The notes: a model not told the origin generated them from the sequence alone. A stretch of DNA of 64,000 nt from Bacteroidota bacterium (GCA_018267315.1 JAFDYS010000037.1:6107-70106), one strand, 5' to 3'; positions 18,611 through 28,669 are shown, numbered from the stretch's first letter. Made by a program: numbers and translations.

Positions 18611-20257
18611 TCAATACACCTTCTCCCCATTCACATAGGTGCTCAGCACCTTCACGGAGAACGTTTGCTCGATTGGGATCTTCATGATGTCTTTTTCAAG
18701 CACCACAAAGTCGGCGAACTTGCCGGGTTCAAGACTCCCTTTTTCATTCTCTTCAAAGTTGGCCTGCGCCGCCCAGATGGTCATGGCGCGCAGGGCTTCT
18801 TCACAGGTAAGCGCATTCTCCGGCTGGAATCCTTTTTCGGGAAATCCCTTCTGATCTTTTCTCGACACGGCTGCATAAAATCCGTAGAGTGGGTTGATGT
18901 CTTCCACGGGGAAGTCGCTTCCGTTGGCGATCCATCCGTTTTCTTTCATGAGGTCGCGGTAGGCATATGCGCCTTTCACCCGATAAACGCCGAGGCGGTC
19001 AATAGCCCAATACATATCGCTTGTGGCGTGTGTGGTTTGCACCGAAGGCACAATGCTGAAGCGGTGGAATAATTCAAAATCATCGGGAGCAATCACCTGG
19101 CAATGCTCGATGCGCCAGCGCTTGTCATTGGGTCCTGCTAAAATTTTTCCGTACACGTTCAGCACCATGCGGTTCGCTGAGTCGCCGATGGCATGTGTGC
19201 ACATTTGAAAACCATGATCGAGGCACAGCTTGGCCTGCGCCTCCAGTTCTTCTTGGGTAATCAGTTGAAGTCCGATTGACTTGGGTGAATCGCTGTAGGG
19301 TTTCAGCAGCAGCGCGCCGCGGGAACCGAGGGCGCCATCAGCGTAATATTTGAATGCGCGCACCTTGAGACGGTCAGTGATGAGTGGTCCGTTTTTCAGA
19401 AAATATTTTTTGCTCGTGTCATCATACACCATCATGTAGAACCGAAGCTTGAGCAGGCCGACTTTCTGCAAACTGTCAATGATCTTCACCACATTGTTCG
19501 TAGCGCCTACATAGTTTTCGACACCGGCATCGTTAATGGTCGTGAGGCCCACGGCCAAACATTTTTCCTGCGCCTTGAGCAATGCTTCGGTGAGCATCTT
19601 TTCAGAAGGCAGCGGGATGGTTCCGCTTACAGCATCATGGGCGGCATCGAGCAATACACCGGTAAAAGTTCCATCCTTCAGCAGCACATCGCCACTCTTC
19701 ATTCTTTCTTTCACATCAAAGCCGGAAAGCTCCAGCGCTTTGTTGTTGATGATGCAGGCATGCCCGTCCACGCGTTCGAGGTACACGGCGCGACCAGGAA
19801 AAAGCGCATTGATTTCATCGCTTGTCGGGTACGTTTTTTCTTCCCAGTCATTCTGATCCCATCCCCGCCCTACGATCCATCCCTCGGGATGTGAAGCTGC
19901 ATATTCTTTCACACGCGCAATCACTTCATCCCATGATTTCGTTCCTACCAAGTCAAGTTGTGAGAGATGAAGTCCATAGCCGGCATAATGACAATGCGCA
20001 TCAAAGAAACCCGGGTAAACATATTTTCCACCGAGGTCAATTTGTTCTTTAGTGCGGAAGCGTTTCAGCGCCTCTTCCTTCTTTCCTGCAAAAACAATCT
20101 TTCCCTTATCCACTACAAGAGCATCCACCACGGAATCGTCTTTGTTCACGGTGTAGATCGAAGCGTTGAAGTAGATGGCATCAGCCATTTTTTTTTCATT
20201 GCATGAAAAGAAGATGCAGCAAAGGCCAACAAGCAGCATCCGGGAGGCGGAAATCAT
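18611..20257 (-). CDS. Amidohydrolase-family metal-dependent hydrolase (YtcJ-like)
   Basis: 548 aa with a signal or lipoprotein-like N-terminus. PGFFDAHCHYAGYG carries the HxH metal site. The remaining motifs are typical of Amidohydro_3. Confidence 0.8.
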   Translation of the reverse strand: MISASRMLLVGLCCIFFSCNEKKMADAIYFNASIYTVNKDDSVVDALVVDKGKIVFAGKKEEALKRFRTKEQIDLGGKYVYPGFFDAHCHYAGYGLHLSQLDLVGTKSWDEVIARVKEYAASHPEGWIVGRGWDQNDWEEKTYPTSDEINALFPGRAVYLERVDGHACIINNKALELSGFDVKERMKSGDVLLKDGTFTGVLLDAAHDAVSGTIPLPSEKMLTEALLKAQEKCLAVGLTTINDAGVENYVGATNNVVKIIDSLQKVGLLKLRFYMMVYDDTSKKYFLKNGPLITDRLKVRAFKYYADGALGSRGALLLKPYSDSPKSIGLQLITQEELEAQAKLCLDHGFQMCTHAIGDSANRMVLNVYGKILAGPNDKRWRIEHCQVIAPDDFELFHRFSIVPSVQTTHATSDMYWAIDRLGVYRVKGAYAYRDLMKENGWIANGSDFPVEDINPLYGFYAAVSRKDQKGFPEKGFQPENALTCEEALRAMTIWAAQANFEENEKGSLEPGKFADFVVLEKDIMKIPIEQTFSVKVLSTYVNGEKVY

Positions 20258-20397
20258 ATGTGCAATTTACAACGATCGGACTTTCTCAATAACTACTGGC
20301 TGAGAACGAAAGGCGTTCTGTTTTCAACGGAATCATGAAGAAGATATTTCTTCTTGCTGCTCATCTGAATACTGACGCCACTCACCGCTGCAAAGCG

Positions 20398-21363
20398 TTA
20401 CGGATTCATGGTTCGTTGTATGGGATTGTGAACGGGCGGAAGTGATTTGAGATAGGCAAAAATGGCTCGTGCCTCCCAGTCATACATCCGGCTGTACGGC
20501 ACCATGGGATAGCGGTTGGTAGTGCCATCGGGTCGCATGCCGAACCTCAGTGCTTTTACAAATTCTTCTTCGGTCCATTTACCGATTCCGGTGGAGTCAT
20601 CGGGAGTGAGGTTGGCGCTGTAAATGATCTTGCCTTCTTCATTGGGAATGGGATTGCCGCCGGCCATGTATCCCGGCGTTTTACCCGGCTCCATGATGTT
20701 GAGTGTTTTGAATGAAGCGGAGTGGCAGGCCCAGCATTCAATTTTTCCCTGTACAATGTATTTGCCATAAGCCACGTGATCGCTGGTATCCGGCGCAGTA
20801 ATTTCATGATCAGGATACGGAAGCGGTTTGAAAGCAACGTGCGTCAGGAACTTGGCGAGGAAATTCGGTTGCGATTTAGTCGCTGCTTCGGGTGTTGCTT
20901 TAAGCCGGGGATCATCGCTGCGCAGCCACCAGATGACACTTTGCAAATCGTAGTCGCTCATGTGAACGAACTTGGGCATCCACGGCGGGAGGTAATCGCC
21001 ATTCCATTTTACGCCGGTGCGAAGGAGATAGAGTATCTCACCATCCGTACGTGCACCAATGCCGTAAGTTTTATCCTGAGTAATGTTGGCAGAGTAGGTT
21101 TTCCCGAATTGTGCGACATCGGGCATGTATTGGCCCGTAAGTACACCGGTTTCGCGATTCAAATGACATTGAACGCAGAGCATGGATGCGAGACGCTCCC
21201 CGTTTTCCAGCATCGCTGAGTCGCCCTTAATGGTGATGCCCGGATCTTTCACGAGTTTAGGATACGTGGGTATTCCATCAATATTGATGTAAAGGGCGAA
21301 CGCGCCTGCACCGAGTACAACAATCGCAATAAGAATTCCGAGGTATTTGAGAATCTTTTTCAT
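20398..21363 (-). CDS. Membrane-anchored dihaem c-type cytochrome
   Basis: N-terminal TM helix and two canonical CxxCH motifs (CVQCH, CWACH). Confidence 0.8.
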   Translation of the reverse strand: MKKILKYLGILIAIVVLGAGAFALYINIDGIPTYPKLVKDPGITIKGDSAMLENGERLASMLCVQCHLNRETGVLTGQYMPDVAQFGKTYSANITQDKTYGIGARTDGEILYLLRTGVKWNGDYLPPWMPKFVHMSDYDLQSVIWWLRSDDPRLKATPEAATKSQPNFLAKFLTHVAFKPLPYPDHEITAPDTSDHVAYGKYIVQGKIECWACHSASFKTLNIMEPGKTPGYMAGGNPIPNEEGKIIYSANLTPDDSTGIGKWTEEEFVKALRFGMRPDGTTNRYPMVPYSRMYDWEARAIFAYLKSLPPVHNPIQRTMNP

Positions 21364-21421
21364 GCCGGAGAGGTTTATCGAGTTGCACTAAAGATATTCT
21401 TTTAAAATTTTTCGCGGAACT

Positions 21422-22168
21422 TTGATTCACATGCACATCGTCAATTGGGAAGATCGGAGGGAGCTGGAACGCAAGCGGGTTACACTCAGTGTAATGATCC
21501 CTCTTTGGTTTTGTGTCATTCTATGGTTGATCCAGTTCATTCAATGGGGCACCGGTGTTGACATGGGATTTCTTGGAATAGCCCCGCGAACCGTCACGGG
21601 CCTGCGTGGTGTTATTTTCGGGCCACTGCTTCACGGAAGTTGGGGGCACCTCGCGAGCAACACACTGCCGCTTCTCGTGTTGGGCTTCATGATGATCTAC
21701 TTCTATCATTCCATCGCCTACCGCATCATTCTCCTCATCTGGCTCTTTGACGGAATCGGGGTGTGGCTTATCGGCAGGGAATCGTATCACCTCGGCGCCA
21801 GCGGACTCATTTATGGCATGGCGAGTTTTCTCTTTTTTAGCGGTATGATGCGTAAAAACCGGCGGTTGCTGGCTGTAGCTCTCGTCATCGTGTTTGTTTA
21901 TGGAAGTATGGTGTGGGGCATGTTGCCCTATGTGACGGAAGTGTCGTGGGAGGCACACCTGGCTGGATTTCTCTCGGGCATCGGGTTGGCTGTTTACTAC
22001 CGCAAACTGGGCCCGATGGATGATGTGGAACCCGAGTGGATGAGGGAAGAAGAAGAAGAAGAGGAGGTTAAGCCGGAAGGGGAAGGTAATTCCGGTTCAT
22101 CGCAGAACTGGAGCAATGAAATTCCTGTTTTCAGGAATTACAATACGCGTGACGAAGAAAGTGATTGA
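21422..22168 (+). CDS. Rhomboid-family intramembrane serine protease with an acidic C-terminal tail
   Basis: Multiple TM helices. HLGASGLIYG carries the GxSG serine and WEAHLAGFLSG the histidine. The tail reads REEEEEEEVKPEGEG. Confidence 0.8.
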   Translation: MIHMHIVNWEDRRELERKRVTLSVMIPLWFCVILWLIQFIQWGTGVDMGFLGIAPRTVTGLRGVIFGPLLHGSWGHLASNTLPLLVLGFMMIYFYHSIAYRIILLIWLFDGIGVWLIGRESYHLGASGLIYGMASFLFFSGMMRKNRRLLAVALVIVFVYGSMVWGMLPYVTEVSWEAHLAGFLSGIGLAVYYRKLGPMDDVEPEWMREEEEEEEVKPEGEGNSGSSQNWSNEIPVFRNYNTRDEESD

Positions 22169-22205
22169 GAGTAATTTTGTCGTCGCGCTTTTAGCTAATT
22201 CGAAA

Positions 22206-23360
22206 ATGGAATCAGCGGCATACAGTCAGTCAGCAGCAGCAGCAGTTCATTCTTCTTTCCGTGAAGTTTTTGATCAATACTCATGGGATGAAGTATCAGA
22301 ACGTATCTACTCGAAGACAGAAGCAGACGTGATTGGTGCTTTGGAAAATGCCGGCAATGCCAGTATCAATGATTTCATGGCACTGGTTTCTCCTGTGGCT
22401 TTAAAGTATGTGGAAGAGATGGCGCAGCGGAGTCACCGGATCACCCGAAAGCGATTCGGCAATGTAATCCAGATGTACATTCCGCTTTATCTCTCCAATG
22501 AGTGCCAGAATATTTGCACTTACTGCGGATTTAGTTTCGATAACCGCATCGAACGGCTTACGCTGAATGAAGATCAGGCGCTCCGCGAAGTGGAAGCGAT
22601 CAAAGCCATGGGATACGATCACATTTTGCTGGTAACAGGTGAAGCAAACCGAACGGTGGGTGTTGACTACCTTGAAAAAATGGTGAAACTGATCCGCCCG
22701 CAATTCTCAGGAATTATGATCGAAGTGCAACCGCTGGAGCAGCATGAATACGAACGGCTGATTGAGGCCGGCGTGAGTTCGGTGTTGGTTTATCAGGAAA
22801 CTTATCACGAAGAAAATTACCGCATCTATCACACGAAAGGAAAGAAGAGCAACTTCCATTACCGGCTTGATACACCCGATCGCATCGGAAGAGCTGGTGC
22901 CCACCGTATCGGGTTGGGCGCATTGCTCGGGTTAGAAGATTGGAGGGTGGATTCATTCTTCACGGCTCTTCATCTGGATTACCTCGAAAAGACTTATTGG
23001 AAAACGAAGTACTCCATCTCATTCCCTCGGCTGCGGCCCGCTGTGGGCTGCCAACAGCCGAATCACCCGATGAGTGATAAAGAATTGGTACAACTCATTT
23101 GTGCCTGGAGAATTTTCAATGAGAACCTGGAGCTTTCCCTCTCTACACGCGAATCACAGCAATTCAGGAATCATGCTGTGAAACTCGGCATTACTTCCAT
23201 CAGTGCCGGATCGAAAACCAATCCCGGTGAGTATGCCAATCACTTTCATGCGCTGGAGCAATTTGAAGTCTCTGATGGACGCTCGCCCAGAGAGGTTGCT
23301 GACATGATTTCATCGCACGGTTACGAACCCGTTTGGAAGGATTGGGATAAAGTATTTTAA
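22206..23360 (+). CDS. thiH: 2-iminoacetate synthase ThiH (radical SAM)
   Basis: Near full-length resemblance to E. coli ThiH as remembered. Matching segments: YIPLYLSNECQNICTYCGF (CxxxCxxC), EVQPL, VYQETYH, FPRLRP, LSLSTRE, PVWKDWD. The start is set at MESAAY (22206); the ORF extends to 22116 and overlaps the rhomboid gene. Confidence 0.85.
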   Translation: MESAAYSQSAAAAVHSSFREVFDQYSWDEVSERIYSKTEADVIGALENAGNASINDFMALVSPVALKYVEEMAQRSHRITRKRFGNVIQMYIPLYLSNECQNICTYCGFSFDNRIERLTLNEDQALREVEAIKAMGYDHILLVTGEANRTVGVDYLEKMVKLIRPQFSGIMIEVQPLEQHEYERLIEAGVSSVLVYQETYHEENYRIYHTKGKKSNFHYRLDTPDRIGRAGAHRIGLGALLGLEDWRVDSFFTALHLDYLEKTYWKTKYSISFPRLRPAVGCQQPNHPMSDKELVQLICAWRIFNENLELSLSTRESQQFRNHAVKLGITSISAGSKTNPGEYANHFHALEQFEVSDGRSPREVADMISSHGYEPVWKDWDKVF

Positions 23361-23387
23361 TTGATGAATCTAAATTGAAAGTTCCAT

Positions 23388-24956
23388 CTATTCTTGTTTA
23401 ATAAATTTCGTTGCCTCTGCTATTACATTTTCATTAATCGCATAGAGTAAATAAATGCCGGGTACAAACCGTGAGATGTCGATTCTATTCTGCAATTGAT
23501 TGTTTTGGCTATAAACTATTTTTCCAATGGAGTTTCTGATTTCAATTCGTTTAGAAGATATATCGGAAATTGTTATTGCTACTTGATCTTTTGCAGGATT
23601 AGGAAAAACGAAGAGTGAACAATTTTTTGGGATTGTATTTTCAGAGGATGTGGCTATTCCTGCAAGCTTTATTATCCAATAGTCACTCTTGCCATGGTTC
23701 TCAGTTATGTCACCGTCATCCGAGCTGGAAGATCCAGCAATAATGTATCCTTCATCCGTTGTTTGTTTAACGCAAAATGCGCTTTCCCAGTCAGATCCTC
23801 CGAGACATTTTTCCCAAATAAGGTTACCGCTACTATCCAATCTTATTATCCAGTAATCTGGCAATGGATCGCCAAAGTCATCATAGCTGACATGCCATCC
23901 GGTTACATCACCATCATTGGAGTCTGATGTGCCGGCAACAATGAATCCTCCATCATTAGTTTGTTGAATTGAGTAGGCATCTTCTGTGTAAGTTCCTCCT
24001 ACAGATTTTTGCCATTGAATATTACCACTACTATCCAACTTTATAATCCAGTAATCATCCCATCCATGATTGCTTGTTGCGTCACCATCGCTGGACCAGG
24101 AGTAGCCCGCAACTACAAATCCTTTATCTGAAGTGAGTTGAACGGAATATGCTTCTTCTCCACTCGTTCCTCCAAAACATTTTTGCCACTCTATATTACC
24201 GCTGTTATCCAATTTTACTATCCAGTAATCACCATCTCCATGATTACCGCTTACATCACCATCATTAGATCCCGATGCACCAACAACTATATATCCTGTG
24301 TCAGATGTTTGCTGGATATCATAGGCCTTATCACCGTAAGTTCCTCCCAATGATTTTTCCCACTGAATGTTGCCTGTGCTATCCAGCTTAACTATCCAAT
24401 AATCTTCGGAATTATGATTGCCTGTTACATCACCGTCGTTTGAATTTGAAGAACCTGCCACCACATAACCGCCATCAATTGTTTGATGAATTGAATGAAC
24501 GTATTCGTCATTCGAACCACCTAAAGATTTTTGCCATTGAATATTACCAAGGCTGTCCAGTTTTACTATCCAGTAATCATTCCAACCATGATTACCCGTT
24601 ACATCACAGTTGTTTGAACTTGAAGAAGCTGCAACAATATATCCTCCATCATTGGTTTGTTCGATAGATTCGCCTGCATCGGGATCAGTTCCTCCTAGAC
24701 ATTTCTCCCACTGAATAATCCCACTGTTGTCCAGTTTGACCACCCAGGAATCATAAAAACCATGATAACCTGTTACATCACCATTATTTGAATATGTACC
24801 ACCGGCCAGAATATATCCTCCGTCAGTTGTTTGTTCAACGGAATTGACGTATTCGTCATTCGAACCACCTAAAGATTTTTCCCATTCAATAGCGGGCTGC
24901 GAAGAGACTGTAGATGAAAAAATAAGAAACCAACCAGAAGTAATGATGAGTTTCAT
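23388..24956 (-). CDS. T9SS cargo: seven near-identical roughly 48-aa repeats (beta-propeller-like) plus a type-A C-terminal sorting domain; AT-rich gene
   Basis: Repeat unit is W(E/Q)K(S/C)LGG...(Y/A).SI.QT.DGGY(I/V)VAG.S.SNDGDVTGNHG..DYWI(V/I)KLDS.GNIQ, seven copies. CTD is FPNPAKDQVAITI...FVPGIYLLYA. Confidence 0.8.
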   Translation of the reverse strand: MKLIITSGWFLIFSSTVSSQPAIEWEKSLGGSNDEYVNSVEQTTDGGYILAGGTYSNNGDVTGYHGFYDSWVVKLDNSGIIQWEKCLGGTDPDAGESIEQTNDGGYIVAASSSSNNCDVTGNHGWNDYWIVKLDSLGNIQWQKSLGGSNDEYVHSIHQTIDGGYVVAGSSNSNDGDVTGNHNSEDYWIVKLDSTGNIQWEKSLGGTYGDKAYDIQQTSDTGYIVVGASGSNDGDVSGNHGDGDYWIVKLDNSGNIEWQKCFGGTSGEEAYSVQLTSDKGFVVAGYSWSSDGDATSNHGWDDYWIIKLDSSGNIQWQKSVGGTYTEDAYSIQQTNDGGFIVAGTSDSNDGDVTGWHVSYDDFGDPLPDYWIIRLDSSGNLIWEKCLGGSDWESAFCVKQTTDEGYIIAGSSSSDDGDITENHGKSDYWIIKLAGIATSSENTIPKNCSLFVFPNPAKDQVAITISDISSKRIEIRNSIGKIVYSQNNQLQNRIDISRFVPGIYLLYAINENVIAEATKFIKQE

Positions 24957-25097
24957 CTTAATATTTTAGAAGAACTTTAAAGATGAGGATATTTTTTGAG
25001 ACAATAAGTATTGACATCGCACATATTTCTTCTGAACAATAGATCCTTCTTCCACTTTCCTATTTCACATTTATATTCGCAGTAAACTTCTTTTCCA

Positions 25098-26267
25098 ATG
25101 AATGCAGCCGCTGTAGAATCACCATTTACCTTCGCTCCAACTGAAAACATGAAGATGATTGCGCAAAGTGTGCGGGATTTCTGCGAGAAGAAAATCCGTC
25201 CTCATGTGATGGAGTGGGATGAGAAACAGATTTTCCCGAAAGAGTTATTTCGTGAAATGGGTCACCAGGGATTCATGGGCGTGCTGGTTTCCCATGATTA
25301 TGGCGGCGCCGGATTAGGGTACCATGAATACATCACAGTGGTTTCGGAGATCGGGAAAGTATGTGGCGCCATCGGGCTGAGCGTGGCGGCACACAATTCA
25401 CTGTGCAGCGGTCACATCAATCAGTTTGGTAATGAAAAACAAAGAGCGAAATACCTGCCGAAGTTGGCAACCGGTGAGTGGATCGGCGCCTGGGGGCTCA
25501 CCGAGCCCGGCACCGGCAGTGATGCGGGCAATATGAAATGCACAGCGAAAAAAGAGGGCAGCGATTGGATCATCAACGGAACCAAGACATGGATCACGCA
25601 CGGTAATTCAAGTGATGTGCTGGTGATCATTGCGCGCACCGGAGAGCCGCGTACAAAAAATAACAGCACGGCCTTCATTGTGGAAAGAGGTGTGAAAGGT
25701 CTTTCTGCCGGGAAGAAGGAAAACAAGCTGGGCATGCGCGCGTCGGAAACCACTGAAGTGATTCTCGATAATGTTCGCATTCCTGATGAAAACCGAATGG
25801 GAGAAGTGGGTGATGGTTTTGCGCAGGCGATGCAGGTGCTTGACGGAGGAAGAATCTCGATTGCGGCCCTATCAATCGGAATTGCTAAAGGAGCCTATGA
25901 AGCTTCGCTGAAGTATTCACAGGAACGGCAACAGTTTGATCAGCCCATTTCACATTTCCAGGGAATCAGTTTCAAGCTGGCTGATATGGTGGCGCAAATT
26001 TCAGCGGCCGAATTACTCACTCACCAGGCGGCGGAACTGAAAGACCGCCATGAAAAAGTGACAAAGCAATCGGCCATGGCAAAATATTATGCTTCCGAAG
26101 TGGCCGTGCGCGTGGCAACCGATGCGGTTCAGATTTTCGGAGGATATGGATACACCAAAGATTTTCCGGTTGAAAAATTTTATCGTGACTCGAAGTTGTG
26201 CACGATCGGTGAAGGCACTTCTGAAATTCAGAAACTCGTTATCGCGCGCGAAATTCTGAGAGGATAA
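25098..26267 (+). CDS. Acyl-CoA dehydrogenase
   Basis: GAWGLTEPGTGSDAGN, QIFGGYGY and IGEGTSEIQKLVIARE are classic ACAD motifs. Confidence 0.9.
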   Translation: MNAAAVESPFTFAPTENMKMIAQSVRDFCEKKIRPHVMEWDEKQIFPKELFREMGHQGFMGVLVSHDYGGAGLGYHEYITVVSEIGKVCGAIGLSVAAHNSLCSGHINQFGNEKQRAKYLPKLATGEWIGAWGLTEPGTGSDAGNMKCTAKKEGSDWIINGTKTWITHGNSSDVLVIIARTGEPRTKNNSTAFIVERGVKGLSAGKKENKLGMRASETTEVILDNVRIPDENRMGEVGDGFAQAMQVLDGGRISIAALSIGIAKGAYEASLKYSQERQQFDQPISHFQGISFKLADMVAQISAAELLTHQAAELKDRHEKVTKQSAMAKYYASEVAVRVATDAVQIFGGYGYTKDFPVEKFYRDSKLCTIGEGTSEIQKLVIAREILRG

Positions 26268-26311
26268 CCGGATTTATTTTAACTCTTCATTGCTTACTGA
26301 GGGTTTCCCAT

Positions 26312-26319
26312 TACCTTTG
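26312..26319 (+). promoter_or_regulatory. Bacteroidota-type -7 promoter box (TAnnTTTG) for the tRNA gene
   Basis: TACCTTTG ends 9 nt before the first tRNA nucleotide. A partial -33-like TTG lies about 19 bp upstream. Confidence 0.45.
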
Positions 26320-26328
26320 CGCCCACAT

Positions 26329-26400
<72 letters not shown>

Positions 26401-26405
26401 CACCA

Positions 26406-26440
26406 GAAATCCTTCGGCAGAGCTGAAGGATTTTTAATTT
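26406..26440 (+). terminator. Rho-independent terminator after the tRNA
   Basis: Stem (G)AAATCCTTC/GAAGGATTT(T) with a 9-nt loop, followed by TTTTTAATTT. Confidence 0.7.
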
Positions 26441-26446
26441 CAGCAC

Positions 26447-27328
26447 ATGTCATTTCGCGCCGGCTTTGTTACTATTATCGGTAAACCCAACAGCGGTAAG
26501 TCCACGCTGCTGAACTCACTTTTGGCTGAAAAAATTTCTATTGTTTCACCCAAAGTGCAAACCACGCGGCACCGCATCAAAGGGATACTCACGACAAGCG
26601 ACTACCAAATTGTTTTTTCCGATACGCCGGGAGTGATCGTACCCAAATATGAGTTGCACAAGAGCATGATGAAGTCGGTGCATGAATCAGTGAAGGACGC
26701 CGATGCGCTGTTGCTTTTGCTGGACGCTTCCAAAGACCTGATCGAAGTGGGTGAGCTATCCGATAAGTTTGGAAGGAGCAGCGTTCCGTCACTTGTCGCG
26801 GTAAACAAATCAGATACAGTCAAAGCGGATGTTTTGGACAAGGTAAAGGAGGAAGCAGGCAAAGCATTTCCCGCTTCAAAAGTGATAGTAATATCAGCGC
26901 TTCGCAAATTGAATCTCGATGTATTGTTGAATGAAATCGTTGCCCTCCTTCCTGAGCATGAGGCTTTTTTTCCTCAAGATGAACTGACGGATCGTTCTGA
27001 GCGGTTCATTGCCGGTGAACTGATTCGTGAAAAAGTGTTTGAGCAGTTTCATAAAGAAATTCCGTATCACACTGAAGTGGCGATACAGGAGTGGAAGGAG
27101 GAAAAGGAGATCATCAAGATCAGAGCCGAAGTGCTGGTGGAACGGGAATCGCAAAAGGCCATCGTACTGGGCAAAGGCGGCTCAGCGATTAAGCAACTCG
27201 GAACGGAAGCAAGAAAGTCCATTGAAGCGTTTCTGAACAAAAAAATCTTTCTTGGCCTCACCGTAAAGGTTTCGCCCGGCTGGAGGAATAAAGACCGGAT
27301 GCTAAAACACTTCGGATACGAATCATGA
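26447..27328 (+). CDS. era: GTPase Era
   Basis: GKPNSGKST, DTPG and NKSD motifs with a C-terminal KH domain. 293 aa. Confidence 0.92.
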   Translation: MSFRAGFVTIIGKPNSGKSTLLNSLLAEKISIVSPKVQTTRHRIKGILTTSDYQIVFSDTPGVIVPKYELHKSMMKSVHESVKDADALLLLLDASKDLIEVGELSDKFGRSSVPSLVAVNKSDTVKADVLDKVKEEAGKAFPASKVIVISALRKLNLDVLLNEIVALLPEHEAFFPQDELTDRSERFIAGELIREKVFEQFHKEIPYHTEVAIQEWKEEKEIIKIRAEVLVERESQKAIVLGKGGSAIKQLGTEARKSIEAFLNKKIFLGLTVKVSPGWRNKDRMLKHFGYES

Positions 27329-28629
27329 GCAATACCGTTGCCATTATCGGAAGACCCAACGTGGGAAAATCTACCCTGTTCAACCGGTTGATCGGGCAGC
27401 GAAAGGCCATTATTGATGATACTTCAGGTGTAACCCGCGACCGGCTTTATGGCCTGGCCGACTGGAATGGAAAATCATTTAATGTGATTGATACCGGTGG
27501 CTTCGTCACGCATTCCGAAGATGTTTTTGAAAGCGAGATACGCAAACAGGTGCTTATTGCCATTGAAGAAGCGACGGTGATTCTTTTTGTGGTTGATACT
27601 ACCGTGGGCATCACGGATCTGGAAGAAGATATTTCGGCCATGTTGCGGCGTCACAGCAAAAAAGTTTTGCTGGTGGTGAATAAAGTGGATAATCCGGCAC
27701 GCATGTATGCAGGCACTGAGTTCTATGGTCTGGGATTTGAAAAAGTGTTCTTCATTTCAGCCATGAGCGGAAGCGGTACCGGTGAATTGCTGGACGAAAT
27801 TGCTTTGCACATGCAATCAGCGGGAGAAGAATATTCTGATCATCTTCCGAGAATTGCCATTGTTGGCCAACCCAACGTGGGAAAATCCTCTCTGGTGAAT
27901 GTGCTGTTGGGAGAAGAAAGAAATATAGTGACTGATATTGCCGGCACAACGCGTGATTCCATTCATTCGCACTACAAACTTTTTAAAAAGGAATTCATCC
28001 TGATTGACACTGCCGGCATCCGGAAGAAGGCCAAGGTGCAGGAAGATCTCGAGTTCTATTCCGTCATAAGGGCCATCAATGCGATTGATGAAGCAGATGT
28101 TTGTATACTGATGGTGGATGCGCAATCACCCATAGAGAACCAGGATCTTACGATTCTTTCAACCATTGCCAGGAAGAAAAAAGGTGTTGTGCTGGTGGTC
28201 AATAAGTGGGACCTGCTGCAAAAGGAAACCAATACCATGAAAAAGGCCGAAGAGGCCATCAGGAAACGCATTGCTCCATTTGTTGATTTGCCTGTGGTCT
28301 TCACCTCTGTAAAGGAGAAGCAACGTGTTCATAAGGTGCTGGAAGAAGCGTTGAAAGTTTATGAGAACAAGCAGCGCAAGGTTTCGCAGGAAGAACTGAA
28401 TGAGAAAATTCTTGCCCGGGTAGAACAGTTTCCACATCCCTCAGTAAGAGGTAATCTTTTCAGGATATTCAGAATTGAACAGGTACCGGCACAAGTTCCC
28501 TCGTTTGTGTTTTACGTTAATTTTCCTAATGATGTACGCCGTACCTATCGCCAGTTTCTTGAAAATGAGCTTCGGAAATACTTTGAATTTAGCGGGGTGC
28601 CCATCAATCTGATGTTTCGAAAAAAATAA
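27325..28629 (+). CDS. der: Ribosome-biogenesis GTPase Der (EngA)
   Basis: Two tandem GTPase domains (GRPNVGKST...DTGG...NKVD and GQPNVGKSS...DTAG...NKWD) plus a KH-like C-terminus. ATGA overlap with era. Confidence 0.92.
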   Translation: MSNTVAIIGRPNVGKSTLFNRLIGQRKAIIDDTSGVTRDRLYGLADWNGKSFNVIDTGGFVTHSEDVFESEIRKQVLIAIEEATVILFVVDTTVGITDLEEDISAMLRRHSKKVLLVVNKVDNPARMYAGTEFYGLGFEKVFFISAMSGSGTGELLDEIALHMQSAGEEYSDHLPRIAIVGQPNVGKSSLVNVLLGEERNIVTDIAGTTRDSIHSHYKLFKKEFILIDTAGIRKKAKVQEDLEFYSVIRAINAIDEADVCILMVDAQSPIENQDLTILSTIARKKKGVVLVVNKWDLLQKETNTMKKAEEAIRKRIAPFVDLPVVFTSVKEKQRVHKVLEEALKVYENKQRKVSQEELNEKILARVEQFPHPSVRGNLFRIFRIEQVPAQVPSFVFYVNFPNDVRRTYRQFLENELRKYFEFSGVPINLMFRKK

Positions 28630-28661
28630 TGGCATAATTAAGCAGGTGTTAATTTTCCGTA

Positions 28662-28669
28662 TATCTTTG
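28662..28669 (+). promoter_or_regulatory. -7 promoter box (TAnnTTTG)
   Basis: TATCTTTG lies 33 nt upstream of the ATG at 28703. Confidence 0.4.

Noticed and set aside
20258-20397. Small + strand ORF (MKKIFLLAAHLNTDATHRCKAL...) between the amidohydrolase and cytochrome c genes
   Set aside because: It runs into, and overlaps antisense to, the 3' end of the cytochrome c gene. It has no promoter box and the signal-like start is probably coincidental.
22169-22205. TPP riboswitch upstream of thiH
   Set aside because: Only 37 bp separate thiH from the preceding stop codon, and no CTGAGA/ACCTGA-type TPP core elements are visible.
23388-24956. Regularly spaced DNA repeats that could suggest a CRISPR array or satellite
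   Set aside because: The repeats have a period of about 144 bp with no unique spacers. They are in frame in a 522-aa ORF with a signal peptide and T9SS CTD, so they are protein-coding propeller blades.
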